DNA from: Isosphaeraceae bacterium
GTDB taxonomy: Bacteria; Planctomycetota; Planctomycetia; Isosphaerales; Isosphaeraceae
NCBI GenBank assembly: GCA_025356475.1
Contig: JANXSX010000158.1
Coordinates: 3,882-67,881, forward strand
Direction of reading: 5' to 3'
Length of the DNA stretch: 64,000 nucleotides
Position 1 is the stretch's first letter. The number at the start of each line of letters is the position of its first letter. The position numbers were made by a program, and so were the translations under genes. The notes beneath the pieces were generated by a model. That model was not told the origin of the DNA, did not search any database, and saw only the letters and a program-made list of their open reading frames with translations. Shown piece by piece: positions 63,601-64,000 of the stretch.

Positions 63601-63929
63601 GTGATCGGTAGGCCCGGCGGTGTGAGTGCCAGAGCTTGGACGGTCACCCCAGGAGGGGAAACCGTGACCGGTTCAGGCGTACGATCTGGCCAGTAGATGG
63701 CGAATCGACCATCTGCGAACCGAACACCTAGACGCCGCGATGAGACCGGACCTCCCCAGGCAATTTCGACCACAGCGGCCGACCAGCCTTCAGGACGAGT
63801 GAGGGTCAAACCATCGGTGAGCTCAACGGGTCGCATCAACACAACAGGTCGTGGCGTGGCGACCTGAGAATCACAACCGACCGCGACCACACATAGGGTC
63901 GCGAACAACGCCCGAAGGAGCCGGCTCAC
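60678..63929 (-). CDS. Lipoprotein with beta-propeller-like N-terminal region, TPR-like helical repeats and C-terminal CHAT domain (catalytic dyad apparently degenerate)
   Basis: It has a GTG start. The lipobox is LCVVAVGC. The CHAT C-terminal signature is GSAAVVLPLWKPPDASAPIMIDEL...DPVHWAGYVLYG. The expected His (HxxxHG) and Cys (LSAC) positions read NSVLNSSESG and LIVAGVD. Confidence 0.75.
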   Translation of the reverse strand: MSRLLRALFATLCVVAVGCDSQVATPRPVVLMRPVELTDGLTLTRPEGWSAAVVEIAWGGPVSSRRLGVRFADGRFAIYWPDRTPEPVTVSPPGVTVQALALTPPGLPITGDLQGLTFWELGDGVARILSQHKDGNVTALAPGHESGGPLLVGYANGQINRYVLMGTDQLIGPTATAKASNAEQGVVAIHRVGSDRGWVVTLANHQRIKLESDLKPSTDALVKINPQGGLARARGEASVEIAGRPGRVPPRRWALPGCPLGLDWLSAGGQLAVALPTRLLIIPCSEHGAKPVSLWQELPLTSAVVSVDPVDPEGRRLAIADDSGRIEVLDAEGLIRRSLKFSLDDAAELAFRPWRRLYRPRVESTEAEFPEALARKLDEARKRLDRDPTTDLTGLIRILEADPGLDRHAAAEVAALRASSEQNAGRSIETVIKTLDSAQASFEIVGLHDRSADIMLWKAVLLTPDPDTNRTGDPTRARIVIDEFLATMNTSTHATRTRLIAQALLIANDLAEGKITQAEQRLERIIGLANSDPVIAESLDWLNLQSQVALARGNLGEAQQKALAVLNHIPTGEHKNLARSNRLRIAVAAASSGDWSSAIEALDRARPGDAEWNLARVTVRSRANLVVEPSDDPHSEGRRLATGTNRRLAIEPLLRAADLHRHAGNINLAALANLERAEILEKLDLTAEATKAYRAAMQSNQPAVVARTERGLIRIELAANRPLHALAVATHRPDPHVGLDPSEFKLGPTEAILAFTVVSNTSLVGFLIRGGQPLEVGRITLGRLELDRIVRTWRSRLGDGGRGLADYRSPADDLPLGPLAPEPELTGAGPKPPGLPYSWESLLDDVLISRFNAGLIGVSRLTLVLDESLSAMPVEVTGRERRLYRRYELSRATSLDLLLTRPRPMIPSKSVGLPNDDSSVPGIDRSTMAAWKELAGTNGLRVEAGSLESTTLSAFMGRNSVLNSSESGTESVQLRSGSFNDRAIRTRTLIVAGVDPSRGELTSGRSLEQFAHGAILTGSAAVVLPLWKPPDASAPIMIDELQRGLIEGLRPGESLVNARETLARNPKFADPVHWAGYVLYGSP

Positions 63930-64000
63930 GCGAGTCGCCCAAGAAAGGCACTAATCGCCGCATTCGTTGCGTCAGGGTTTTCCAGCGGAGAGAGATGTCC
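63926..64000 (-). CDS. 3' end of an alpha/beta-hydrolase-like gene (partial, continues beyond window)
   Basis: The minus-strand translation from the window edge is GHLSPLENPDATNAAISAFLGRLA followed by a stop. This is the typical alpha/beta-hydrolase C-terminus, containing the catalytic His. Its TGA overlaps the GTG start of the CHAT gene (GTGA). Confidence 0.6.
   Translation of the reverse strand, partial: GHLSPLENPDATNAAISAFLGRLA

Noticed and set aside
1-64000. Search for CRISPR arrays, IS elements, transposases, integrases, prophage genes and rRNA
   Set aside because: I saw no regularly spaced direct repeats. No ORF had DDE transposase, tyrosine or serine recombinase, or phage structural signatures. 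No rRNA-like sequence was seen. The window looks like core chromosome with a few accessory modules.

Overview
This 64-kb chromosomal window has about 55% GC by eye. Gene content suggests Planctomycetota: repeated xylose-isomerase-like TIM-barrel and Gfo/Idh/MocA genes, K/A/P-rich tails on housekeeping proteins, weak Shine-Dalgarno usage, standalone tRNAs, and a nuo set without nuoEFG. All calls rest on motifs read from the supplied ORF translations and on hand-folding or hand-translation of the DNA. No database search was run.

Contents, left to right:
- A 5'-truncated peptidase-like gene.
- A divergent tRNA-Phe(GAA)/tRNA-Ile(GAT) pair, each with a near-consensus sigma70-type promoter.
- An atypical NADH dehydrogenase locus: nuoBCD as a single ORF, nuoI, an inserted deaminase and a small ORF, then nuoA-H-J-K-N. 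There is no nuoEFG, nuoL or nuoM here.
- Scattered metabolic and envelope genes: ceramidase-like protein, orphan GspF/PilC, nucleoside hydrolase-like protein, DAACS transporter, GT4, GT2, TatD-like hydrolase, aminotransferase, SurA-like PPIase, Ggt, HU, SGNH hydrolase, rhomboid, FAD oxidoreductase, VIT-vWA protein and a Calx-beta surface protein.
- Housekeeping genes: gluQ, prfB with its programmed +1 frameshift (hidden in the ORF track), glyA, cvpA and rnd.
- A 1083-aa lipoprotein with beta-propeller-like, TPR and CHAT regions, whose CHAT catalytic dyad appears lost.

The most interesting region is a tightly coupled six-gene operon at 43071-50982. It encodes a lidless Hsp70, an Hsp70 fused to a vWA domain, a glycine-zipper membrane protein with a C-terminal FHA domain, an FHA-first membrane protein, a membrane-anchored vWA protein and an anchored protein of unknown function. 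It has no J-domain protein, GrpE, kinase or phosphatase. I cannot match it to a characterised system.

A second candidate accessory module is a HEPN gene overlapping an unrecognisable 235-aa partner (21076-22304). I saw no CRISPR array, transposase, integrase or rRNA.
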